A DNA stretch of 64,000 nucleotides from Thermodesulfobacteriota bacterium (GTDB lineage: Bacteria; Desulfobacterota_D; UBA1144; Nemesobacterales; Mycalebacteriaceae), in contig CBDAQI010000001.1 in NCBI GenBank assembly GCA_965198945.1, positions 160,001 through 224,000 of the forward strand, in the 5' to 3' direction. The position numbers and the translations under genes were made by a program. Positions 52,512 through 64,000 of the stretch are shown here, piece after piece (within the stretch, counting starts at the first letter, position 1; the number at the start of each line of letters is the position of its first letter). The notes beneath the pieces were generated by a model, which did not search any database, was not told where the DNA came from, and saw only the letters and a list, made by a program, of their open reading frames with translations.

Positions 52512-54657
52512 ATGATATTATATAAACCAACTGAGTTGTTAAGTAAATTTTTATTATCTTTCTTGTGTTCGGTACGAGATCTGCTATTGGGAAGTCAATT
52601 TTTGCGTTTTCTTGTGGTCGGCGCTGTCAAAACAGCTATTACATACTTGATTTATATCGTTTTTCTTTATTTGATAAGTCCCTACTGGTCTTATTTTGTA
52701 GCTTTTCTTGCAAGCATTTTGCCATCTTATTATCTCAATTTGAAATTTACTTTCCGTTCGCAACACTCAAGAGAGAAAATTTTTTCCTATCCGCTGATTT
52801 TAATCTTTCAGTTTTTGCTTGGAATCCTGGTTTTTCACATTTCCCTGAAAGCCGGGGTGTCTGAGCAAGTTGCGCCCTTTTTTGCTATTGCAGCTTCAAG
52901 CCCAGCCGCTTTTTTCATATCGCGCTGGACAATAAGCGGGGGAAAACACAGTAGAAATCCCGTTCTATTTCTTTCGATTTCAGCTTTTATAGTTTCAATC
53001 GCGGCGGTTTACGGTGCACTTACTAAGTGGTGAATTGTCTTTTTTGCACGGTTTTCTCTTCAGTTCGGACCTTGTCGACCCTTATTTGGTTTGGAAAGAT
53101 ATTCTTGCGCAGACTGGGTCAATCAGCCAGTGTAATATGCAACGGCGAAGTGCAAATTTTATTTTGACTGATTTTCTTTTGGTTTTTCCTCTTTTTTCAA
53201 TTACAGGGGGAAATTTTGTTCTTTTAACGCATTTGCAGGGAATTCTGACAGTAGCTTTGTCTGCGGTCGGGTGGATGTTTCTGAGCGATTTCCTTTTTGG
53301 TTCCGGAAATTTGAGGCGGTCACTTGTTTTTCTTCTTTCCGCGATTTCATTAGTCTGACTTGCTTACGGAGCTGACATTTTGGGAATAATGATTTTGACT
53401 AATGCTCACTATTTGACCTGGGCTTTAATCCCGTTTTGTCTTCTGCTTTTTTACTTGTCTTCATTCTCCGCAAAACCGCTTCACAGGGTTGTTTGTTCTT
53501 TCCTGCTTTTGGCTGTTTGCTCCGGGATTTTCTATTCGGCCCCCGCTTTTGCCGTTTGGTTTGTTTTTCCGGCCTTTGTGGCGGGCTGTTTGTTTTATTT
53601 TTTGTCGGGACTGAGAAATCTGTTCTTTCCAATATTTGCCATTTTTGCCGGTATTTTTTGCAGCCGCTTTTTTGAAATAATTATTCTCAAAAAGGCCCAA
53701 AATGTGACAGTTCAATACAAAGGCTTTGCAAAAAATTGGACGGATATGATGGAATCTGTATCAAACTTAGCGGCGTGGTTTTTTGATGCAGCACAGCGCC
53801 ATCCGTTTATCGCAGTTGCATGGGTCGCTTTTTTTGTTGTTTTGATTAAAATGCTCGCTTCAGAGATTTTTGGTAGAAAACGTAAATCTTTGGCGGAAGG
53901 TAATAAGGTTCTTTTTGTTCGCCTGTTTTTTCTGTTTTCACCCGTCTGTTCTGTTGCCACTTGTTTTTTAACAGGAAACTATCATTTCCATTCGCATTCT
54001 GAAAATCCTTTTGAAATGAGATATTTTATTCCGGCGGTTTTTTCACCGCTGTTTATAGGATGGGCTTTTACTGTGGATATTGAATCCGCATTTTCAAGGT
54101 TGAGATTAAAAATTCCATTTTCTGCGTTTTTTGTCTTTTTTTCGTTTTTTCTTATCGCAGTTGGGGTTCCCGGGGCGTTAAAGCTGAAGAAAAATGCGGC
54201 CAGTTTTTCCTATTACTATCCGCAGACGGTCAAATGTTTTGATGATGCCGCCTCAAAATTTGGTCTTAAAAAGGGCTTATCAACCTACTGGTGGGCAAAG
54301 TCAACTATGGCAGTTTCAAAAACGGACGGAATTGGCATAGGAAATGTCACTGTCTTTCCCGACCGAAACGGGAGAAAAGTTATATATAAATTCTTCTGGA
54401 ATATTAACGGAAGGTTTTTAGAAGGTCCTTTTGATTTTATAATTACAAACAGCCGTCAATTTCCCTCAAATCAGAATCTGTGTCTCGGTGAGTTCAAAAG
54501 TGCCTGCGACTTACGTATTGGGACAACAAGAAACATAGATGATCCCACTTCATACATCCTGAGACCTGAAGATGTGGTTTATTCGGTTGGTGGCACACCG
54601 TCCGCGACTGTTTACTGCGACGAGATTGAAATTCTGGTTTTCAACCCGCCGATTTGA
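52512..54657 (+). pseudogene. GtrA-like flippase fused to a polytopic GT-C-like membrane protein, disrupted
   Basis: GtrA motifs QFLRFLVVG and YYLNLKFTF. A 1-nt shift at ~53024 continues into FSSDLVDPYLVWKDIL, and an in-frame TGA at 53356-53358 joins the 53380-54657 ORF. Confidence 0.6.
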
Positions 54658-54675
54658 TTTTGGTTCAGATTTGTG

Positions 54676-56289
54676 TCAGTCAGGTTTTCTATATGGAGTA
54701 AGGGGTAAAGGATTTGTTTTAATTCCGAGTTCTGTGGCGAGACTGCCTATATTGTCCCAGTTAGGATCAAATGTATTGTAATAGTGATCTGCGAGAGGCG
54801 TTACCGCTTCAGGCGTGAGATTTTCGTATATCGCCCATTCTTTCCAGCCCGGAATTTCACCTAACTTTTTGAAGCCTTTGAACTCTCTTACACTAATTGC
54901 CGGCGTAACTATATGGCTCGCTATTGCAATCAGTTTTGTGCCTGAATTAAGAGCGTTTTGAATGGTTTCGTGGTTTTGAGGGTCAGCAACGAAATATGAT
55001 GGAATATTTTTGTGAAGGTAAAAATATCCGCCTGAGAAAATCTGGTTTCCCGCAAGCCACAAAATGCCGCGCACTTTAGAGTCCGGCAGTTTTGAAAGTT
55101 GTTTGGCGGCAACTATACCCGGAGTTGTTGATGAGCTTGTATAGTGCGTGTAATTGTCAAGAGCAAATTCCATTTTCGGCAGTTTTCCTAAAAATCCGGC
55201 GGCTGAGACTAACAGAAAAAATACGCAAATGATAAGTTTTATTTTTTCCCCGGCCAAATCTGCGTTTCCTGCGGCGACAATCAGAAGCAACGGAATTACA
55301 ATAAAGACATTTCTGTATTCTCCTGCTTCGGGAACCATATGAAAAGCCAAAGTAATAAAAACTGCCAAAATCGGAAAAAAAAACCTTCTTACTGTTATTG
55401 TCCCCGTGATTAGAAAAATTACATGAAGTCCTAATGATGCCGCGCCAAGTTTCAATATGTCTGAATACCAATTTTCCAAATGCGCATCAAAAAAATCCAG
55501 ATGTAGAAAGGCCGGAGATATATTGACCATCGCAAACCATGAGTGGAAAAGCTGTCCCCATGTCAGAAAATCAATTAATCCCCAAACTGCAAGAGCGGCA
55601 GTTCCGCCGCAGATCGCCATGAGACGCACGCGGTTTCCCGGAAGTGAAATAAGCCACATAAGTCCAAAAACGGCCACTGTTGGGGCAAACAATGGGCGAA
55701 ACGCCACGGTCAGACCCAGCAGAAATCCGTAGGCGAGTATTTTTTTGTTTTCGTTGCGCGACAAGAGGGCGAGAGCCCCGAAGAAAAAAGCCGTAGCATA
55801 TCCCTCGGCAAGTGTGCGTGGCGCAAAAACAATCAGTTCATACCAGAAAGCTCCGAAGACAAATGCGAGACGCGCTGCCTTTTCTGATACGGAGCGGCGT
55901 GTGAAAAAATACATTCCCATGGGTATCGCCATTGATATGAAAGCGTTGAATGAATAGACAAACGGAGCATAAAATGAAGGTGAATCAAGCCCGGTTGCCT
56001 TTGAAATCCACAGAGGAATTGCGGGAATTGCCGGGATAAGCCATGTGCGAACACCGAATCTGTATTCCCATGGGATAAATCCGTATCCAAAAACCCACCT
56101 GTGCGCCTGCTCAAGGTAGTTCATAAACTCATCCGCGTAGGCATGGCAGTCGCATGTAATGGCAACCACCATTCGCACGGTGAAACCCGCCGCCATGACG
56201 AACCAAAACCATCTCCAGATTTTTGTTTTTTCCGTTCTTTCTGAATTTGAGAAAAGGGAAAACGTGCAGAATCGTATGATTGTTTGCAT
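54676..56289 (-). CDS. GT-C mannosyltransferase of the Alg9/PIG-B (GT22)-like family
   Basis: YADEFMNYLEQAHRWVFGYGFIPWEYRFGVRTW matches the PIG-B-type DE.Q..E.AH..VFGYG...WE..R loop; also RTLAE and EYR. Confidence 0.8.
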   Translation of the reverse strand: MQTIIRFCTFSLFSNSERTEKTKIWRWFWFVMAAGFTVRMVVAITCDCHAYADEFMNYLEQAHRWVFGYGFIPWEYRFGVRTWLIPAIPAIPLWISKATGLDSPSFYAPFVYSFNAFISMAIPMGMYFFTRRSVSEKAARLAFVFGAFWYELIVFAPRTLAEGYATAFFFGALALLSRNENKKILAYGFLLGLTVAFRPLFAPTVAVFGLMWLISLPGNRVRLMAICGGTAALAVWGLIDFLTWGQLFHSWFAMVNISPAFLHLDFFDAHLENWYSDILKLGAASLGLHVIFLITGTITVRRFFFPILAVFITLAFHMVPEAGEYRNVFIVIPLLLIVAAGNADLAGEKIKLIICVFFLLVSAAGFLGKLPKMEFALDNYTHYTSSSTTPGIVAAKQLSKLPDSKVRGILWLAGNQIFSGGYFYLHKNIPSYFVADPQNHETIQNALNSGTKLIAIASHIVTPAISVREFKGFKKLGEIPGWKEWAIYENLTPEAVTPLADHYYNTFDPNWDNIGSLATELGIKTNPLPLTPYRKPD

Positions 56290-56432
56290 CTTTTAAAACC
56301 TCGGACAGTCGCATTATAGCACATAACACAGACCGTACCTTTGCTATAATATGAAATGAAATTTGCCTCCGATTTTATAAGTAGCCGAAATATAATATTT
56401 CCCAAGCCAGTTCTGTTATACTGTGCGGTTTC

Positions 56433-57841
56433 ATGTCTGAAAAATTAACACTTTTCTTGGCACTCTTGTTTCCGCAATTCTTGCAGGTGTGTTTTCCTCC
56501 ATTGCAAACTATGAAGGCGTCCTCTTCTTGCCCGACAGTTGGAACTAATGACAAAGGGCTTTGTCACTTTTTCAAGGAGGCGGTTACAGCAATTTCATCC
56601 CAAGTGATTTTCACCACACTCCTATAAACAATTGGCCTCCTCTCTAAAGTCTTTACCCTGCAGGGACGCAGTGGCTTTTTTGAATGAGTGGTTTTTCTCT
56701 TGCTCTGTCTCTGGTTTTTATCGTAATTGGCTCCGCTTTTGTCTGGATTTATCTTTTCTGTTCTCTTTGTGGGAAAGAGAATGGCCGGGGTCGTATTGCA
56801 CTTGTGTCTTCAATCGCGTCCATTGTTTACTATTTTCCCGAGATTTTTGTCCTGAAAAAGGCGGAAAATTAATGAGAATCTTTTACGGCTTTTTCTTTTA
56901 GTTGCAGTATATTCATGTGCAAAACGAACTTGTTTTTTATTCCCGTATTTGGCTCGGTGTGCTATTCTTTTTGAAAATAAGGGGTTTGTGGCGTTTAATA
57001 ACAGTTTGTTCAATCTTAAGCGTTTTTCAGTTTTAATTTGCCTGGTCTTTTTAAATTTTTGTGGAGTCGGGAAACAGCGGTGTGGAATTTCATTTGGGTC
57101 AACATTTTTTAAAAACTTTCCTATATTTCAAAAATTTTATGTGGACTTGGAGTATTGCTTTTTTATTTGGCGGAGAGTTGTTATGTGTTTCAGTTCCAAT
57201 TACTTTTTTTTATCTTTTTCTCCGTTTCAATAAATGCTTCCTTTAAAAGGGAACGGTTCAATGCCTTAAATTTGATAGTTCTGGTTCTTTTTACAAAATG
57301 CCGGAGTGATTTTTGTTCTTAACATATATAAATATATCGGAGAAATTAAGTCTTTTGAAGAAAGATATGGTTTGTGAGCTGCTGTCGCCCTGATGGGGGT
57401 TTTCGCCGTTGGTTTGTCACACTTAAGGCTGGAACCAGAAGCGGAAGTTTCTATTTGCCGTTCGTGTTTTCAAAACAGCGGTTCTGCCTGTTGCGTTTGC
57501 ACTTGTATGTGCCATTCAGATTTTAACGCTGGCGAATATGCGTTTTCAAGTCTTTCAATGCAAAACCCACTCCCGGTTGCTCCTATCACCATGAGCAATG
57601 TTTTATGTTTTATATGGCGCGTTCTCTGGAACCACCCAATAAAACTCGGTATATAATTTATAGTCTTCCCACTCAACTGCCGGATGGAGGCCTCCTTTTG
57701 GCCCTTTCTGGCTATTGGCAATATGCCAAAGATGCGGACGGGAATTTATTTCCACCACCAAATTTAGATTCTGTTGAGGGCCTATGAGAACAGGATTCTG
57801 CCTCTTTTGAAGACATTACCGTGCCGGCTACTCAAGAGTAA
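56433..57841 (+). pseudogene. Heavily decayed GT-C-like membrane protein, paralog of 59947-61528
   Basis: Reconstructed LVSAILAG...NYEGVLFLPDSWN**Q...WPPL*S...SGFSLALSLVFIVIGSAFVWIYLF aligns with LVSALIAG...NYHGVFMGPDSWAYWE...WPPFYS...SGFSLVLSLIFLAAGSAFL*TYLF. Confidence 0.75.
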
Positions 57842-58065
57842 TCTGTATTGCCAAGGGATGTTCTTAGACTAAACCCGCCTGTAAATTTGCCCCAGACAGT
57901 CCATGGACTCATCAGGGTATGTGTGGCAGTAGTGAGTGGGCATTACTGTCATTCGTGCCGCGAATCCTTTGTTTTAATAAACAAAAACCATCTCCAGATT
58001 TTTATTTTTTCCACTAAAATTAAAAAATGCAGGAATTTTGCAATTAGGATATTCGGTTGGTTCCT

Positions 58066-59708
58066 TTAAAAAATCATTACAGAAAAATCAGGAAAGTTTT
58101 CTGCACGGGACTTGAGCAAAGCGCTTATTTCAGAGGCGCGGCTTTTTGCCGCAAAAATTACATAGCTGTCAGACTGACCAGCCGCTTCATAGTGACTTAA
58201 AAAAGCGGAGACAAAGTCCGTACTGAAAATGCTTTTATTGGGTTGATAATATGAAACAAGAGAAAATATTTTTCCTGTTTTTGGGATAAGGAAAACATCT
58301 GCTATTTCATCTTTGAGAGTGGTAATTTGGGCGGACATGTAATCGTTTAGTAACTCTTCTTTGATCGTTGCAATTTCTATTAACTCCATAATAAAAATGG
58401 GAAGATATGAAATTTCCTGCTCCTTTTTGTAGAAAAAATTTTTGCAGAGTGTTGGTAGATATAGCTCCTCATGTCTCCGACTCCGATTTCCGTTTTCAAA
58501 CCTTCCATATTTTTCAAAAGATGTTGAATTTCTCTTTCAAGTTGTCTCGCAGGTTCTACTGTGCGGACAATGTGTTCTTTTCTTTTCAATGATATTTGCA
58601 AAGGACTCTGTTTGTCGCCGTAAGGTAACGAAAGAGCCATCAGAGTTGCAATGAGCTATCCTCACAAAACAATATGTGTTCTGCCCTTCTTCATCCCTTT
58701 CCAAACTGACGGTTCTCCAGCAAGGATCAGAAGAGGCGGTATTAAGTAGCACATCTTGTCAGTTCCTGTGCCCCAAAGAGATGAACTATAAAGAAGTATG
58801 GGAAAAATTATCACGCTCATAATTGCCGAAGCGAGAACGAATTTTTCGCGTGTCATCAAAGCCCCCGCTATGACTGCCATGGCCAGACTTCCCACAATTA
58901 CCGGAAACCTTTTATCTTTATCCCAAAAGTCGGTAAAATACACCTCTGAGTTAAATTGGAGCAGTTTTACTTGACCCTCCAGCGAAAAAGACGGATGCAA
59001 AAAAACTCCCAATCCAAAAACAAGAAAAATTGCCCCCGCTCCCACATTCCATTTGATTCCACGCTCACGTATAATCAACGGGAGCAGAATAATAAGTGAT
59101 ATTCTCGCTTGAGAGGCGTTGACAACTGCGCATACAGCCAGCCCGAATCCGGCAAGAATCATTGCAAGGAGTGAATTGCGAACATTAAAGCCCGAAAAAA
59201 AAGCGACGGCGGTTCCAAACAGAATTGCTGTCTCTTTAAGTTCAAATCTTTGGGGTATTAGGCACACAAGAAAAAAGATAAATACCAATATCGCCGTAGA
59301 CCCGGCATTCGTTCCTAACCTTTTTATGAATAAAAGCGACATCATAATGACAGATGACCAGAAAAGAATAGTAGCTGTCACCTTGTCGGCTGTGAAAGGA
59401 TTTTCAAAAAAGGGAATCAAAATTGAGCCGAACAGATAGGCATATGAACCGTATGCTAAAAAATTAATGTCTCCTTCCACTCCTGAGAAAAATATGGGCT
59501 GTTTGAAGGATGTGGCTTTTGAAAGAAGAGTTACGGTTGCGGGATTATGATCAAGGTGTATGGGAAGTCTAATCCATTGGAAACTATAGTCGACTATCCA
59601 TACAACGCACAGCACAGACAGAACTGTGCAGACAAGCTTGAGTTTGCCTCTCAAAAATCGTGAGAGAATCTCCTCCGAGCCGAAATGGAAAATAAGTCCG
59701 GAGGACAT
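58066..59708 (-). pseudogene. Decayed polytopic membrane protein with a soluble C-terminal domain (GT-C-like)
   Basis: 58662-59708 and 58380-58640 are in frame across TGA-GGA-TAG, then a frameshift leads to 58066-58389. Confidence 0.55.
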
Positions 59709-59760
59709 TCATAAAGCAAAAAGTGCAATCCATACGGCAAGCTCATACATTTCTCTTCTT

Positions 59761-59843
59761 TACCGAAGGAGGGACTTGAAACCCCATGGATTGTGCTCAC
59801 AGTATTCTGAATTCTGCGCGTCTGCCAATTCCGCCGTTTCGGC
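59761..59843 (-). pseudogene. Degenerate full-length copy of tRNA-Leu(CAG)
   Basis: Manual alignment to 61543-61626 shows 11 substitutions and 1 deletion; U8, the anticodon stem, the variable arm and the T-arm are damaged. Confidence 0.85.
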
Positions 59844-59896
59844 TTTACGCACAATTTTAAAACGCAAAAACCTTTTTTTCAAGGTATGTAATTCCA
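59761..59896. repeat. Imperfect direct repeat of ~61543-61685 (tRNA plus its 5' flank and -10 region)
   Basis: Both copies continue with GCACAATTTTAA(A/C)ACGCAAAA...TTTTTTC...GGTATG.AA.TCC. Confidence 0.8.
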
Positions 59897-59946
59897 CCTG
59901 AAATGTCTTTTCACCCGTTTTTTATTTATATTTGATTTGGTTCTAT

Positions 59947-61528
59947 ATGTTTGAAAGAGTGAACATTTTCCCGGCTCTTGTTTCCGCTCTGATTGCGGGA
60001 GTTTTGTCCTGGACTTTCAATTATCATGGGGTATTTATGGGTCCGGACAGCTGGGCGTATTGGGAAGGCTCGGTTTCTCTTTTGGAAGGTTTTGGTTACA
60101 GACATTTCTGGGGGAGGCCCTTAACCGAGTGGCCGCCTTTTTATAGCTCCTACCTCGCGTTAGTGCAGAAGTTTTTCGGCATAAGCGGATTTTCTCTGGT
60201 TTTGTCTCTGATTTTTCTGGCGGCCGGTTCGGCTTTTTTGTAGACTTATCTTTTCTTTGCGGAAAATCAAACATATGGGTTCACCTTGCGGTTTCTCTCG
60301 CATCTATGCTTTCCTCTATGTCCAGATACATAATTTCGGATTTTCTCAGCATTTTTCTTACTAGTGCTTTGCTTGTGTTGGTTGCGCGTTTTTTTCTCAT
60401 ATATCGCCCATTTTTTCTTTCTGGATCAAGAGGGGCAGGGATGGCGAAAATCAGTATTTGCTCTTTGCTTTTTGTCGCAATTCTGTCCGCCAGCATACTC
60501 ACGCGCAAAATAAACGTTGGTTTGATTCCTGCAGTTTGGGTTGCGGCCTTTTTCTTCTTTAGGGGCTTCGCAACCAACTGGCGGCGTCTGGTTTCTTATT
60601 TGTCCGTTATAACATTTGCCGCTATTTCTGTTGATTGGCTGGTCAAGTCTGTTTTGCTTGAACCCACACAGACAGAGATTTTAACATTTCAATTTAGGGT
60701 TCATTCATTTCAATTTGGGGTTCATTATAAAAAATTTTTTGATTTTCTGTATCAGTTTTTATATTGGCTCGGAGCATCGCTCCTGCTTGAATGGGATGCG
60801 GATGCTTTCAATGAAATTTGAGCCTTTGTAATGATTACCATGGTTGTGTATTTCCTTTTTGTCAGGATTCGCTTATGTTCTAACAGGATAAGAGTTGCGA
60901 GAGCGGTCTTTCTGCTTCTGGCTTTTCAAATTGCGGGAATATTCGGGGCGATGACTTCAATATCAGAAATGCCTTCGGGAATATCTTTATACTTTGAACA
61001 GAGATTTTTGTGGCAAATAGCCTTGTTTCTCACGGGCTTTTTTGCAGTTATTTTGACCCGATTGCCAACCCATTTAAAATTGATAACATCCAATATTCCG
61101 TTTCGTTTGAGCTCCGTATTGGTTCTTGCCTTTTGTCTGTTGTGCGGAGTTCAAGCGACGAGAGCGTTTCACGGTGGGGTTTCAGGGTGCTGGACCGGAA
61201 TTGGCCTCCGGGTTCTATAGGCAGACCATATGATAATATGGGAAATATTCATTCCGGGATTGCGTTCAATACTTCTTATTTTTCCCGAATACGCAAGCAT
61301 CATACTATTACATTCGGCTATAAGTATCGTCCTCCGGTCCAATTTCAGGATGGCAGACTTCTTATACCTACGCGTTCGATGGCCTGGCTTTGGTGGCTCC
61401 AGCCCGATGATCCGAGTTGCCTGTCCCCCATTCCGACATCGGAACATGTTTGGAACAGAAAGTTTGAAGAATTTTCTTGGAGAGTTTATAACTTCCGCCG
61501 TGCGGACAGCAGACTGTGCAATGAGTGA
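59947..61528 (+). pseudogene. Decayed GT-C-like membrane protein between the two tRNA-Leu copies
   Basis: GPDSWAYW...WPPFYS first loop; TAG at 60241, frameshift at ~60290, TGA at 60819, frameshift at ~61180. Confidence 0.75.
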
Positions 61529-61542
61529 ATCCGCGCCGTTTC

Positions 61543-61626
<84 letters not shown>

Positions 61627-61689
61627 TTATATCTGCGCACAATTTTAACACGCAAAAGTAGTTTTTTCCCATGGTATGAAAATCCTTTC

Positions 61690-61717
61690 TTGACAACAAA
61701 TTGCCGGTGATTATCTT
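61690..61717 (+). promoter_or_regulatory. Possible sigma70 promoter of groESL
   Basis: TTGACA, 16-bp spacer, TATCTT. Confidence 0.4.
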
Positions 61718-61810
61718 AAGCCTTGCCTCGGGGCGGGTGAATTGTTTTGCGTTTGCATTACGGGCGCCCTGTTGCAAAAGAAAATATTTCAATATGGAGG
61801 ACAGTTTATA

Positions 61811-62110
61811 ATGGCTTCAAAGGTAAAGTTCAGACCGCTTCATGACAAAGTTCTTGTAAAACGGCTGGACGGAGAGGAAAAAACCAAAGGCGGTATTATT
61901 ATACCGGACACCGCTCAGGAGCAGTCCCAGGAGGGTAAGGTTGTCGCCGTTGGCAACGGCATTGTCGGAGAAGATGGAAAGGTGAGAAAACCTGATGTAA
62001 AGCCCGGAGACAACGTTCTTTTCAGCAAATACGGCGGAACCGACATTAACATAGAAGGCGAAAGTTACGTTGTTATGAAAGAGGAAGACATACTTGCCGT
62101 TGTCGGGTAG
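61811..62110 (+). CDS. groES: Co-chaperonin GroES
   Basis: [40 protein letters not shown]. Confidence 0.98.
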   Translation: MASKVKFRPLHDKVLVKRLDGEEKTKGGIIIPDTAQEQSQEGKVVAVGNGIVGEDGKVRKPDVKPGDNVLFSKYGGTDINIEGESYVVMKEEDILAVVG

Positions 62111-62124
62111 GTATAAGGCTCTGA

Positions 62125-63801
<1,677 letters not shown>

Positions 63802-63822
63802 TCCCCGCTTTCTCGGTGTAAT

Positions 63823-63866
63823 ATAAAAAGCCGGTGTTGTTTTGTGAGACAACACCGGCTTTTTAT
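63823..63866 (+). terminator. Intrinsic terminator after groEL, probably bidirectional
   Basis: ATAAAAAGCCGGTGTTGT...ACAACACCGGCTTTTTAT. Confidence 0.88.
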
Positions 63867-63880
63867 GCGGATTTCACTTT

Positions 63881-64000
63881 ATGAAACTTAAAAAGTCAGA
63901 GACCAAAAGCGGCGGTTTTTTACTGCCCGCGATTTTGGCCGGTGTGGCCCTGGGAGTTTTTTCAGGGGCTGTTTTCCCGGAATTCAGTTTATCTCTCGGT
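63881..64000 (+). CDS. 5' end of a membrane transporter, possibly a dicarboxylate/amino acid:cation symporter
   Basis: MKLKKSETKSGGFLLPAILAGVALGVFSGAVFPEF is open to the window end. Confidence 0.45.
   Translation, partial: MKLKKSETKSGGFLLPAILAGVALGVFSGAVFPEFSLSLG

Noticed and set aside
61627..61810. CIRCE element upstream of groESL
   Set aside because: No TTAGCACTC-N9-GAGTGCTAA inverted repeat; only short generic hairpins.

Overview
Bacterial chromosomal window. Protein style and the split atp operon suggest a Deltaproteobacteria/Desulfobacterota-like lineage, possibly Ca. Dadabacteria (inference, not verified). Positions 1-36 kb are mostly housekeeping: the dnaE 3' end, a decayed comEC, ispDF, purB, a DsbA-like lipoprotein, frameshifted gshA, a CLC channel, a CPA2 antiporter, atp b'-F-H-A-G-D-C, class II RNR nrdJ with tandem NrdR boxes, ruvX, three tandem doxX genes, bolA-grxD and a cobB-cobD-cobQ-cobW-cobN cluster. 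Positions 36-61.5 kb form a visibly AT-richer surface-glycosylation island: Gfo/DegT/Twitch-type radical SAM, two GT2, GtrA, about five methyltransferases and about six GT-C-like polytopic membrane genes, most of them decaying. The island ends at tRNA-Leu(CAG), and a full-length decayed copy of that tRNA lies 1.8 kb inside it. groES-groEL close the window. The most unusual signals are (i) a 9.2-10.3 kb islet with a multi-stem structured RNA, an antisense 21-aa hydrophobic sORF and an NYN RNase preceded by its own promoter and a hairpin leader; (ii) the tRNA-anchored array of paralogous GT-C genes, including a PIG-B/Alg9-like mannosyltransferase; (iii) a tight DnaA-box cluster inside the dead comEC gene. 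All calls are by eye from motifs; no searches or folding were run.
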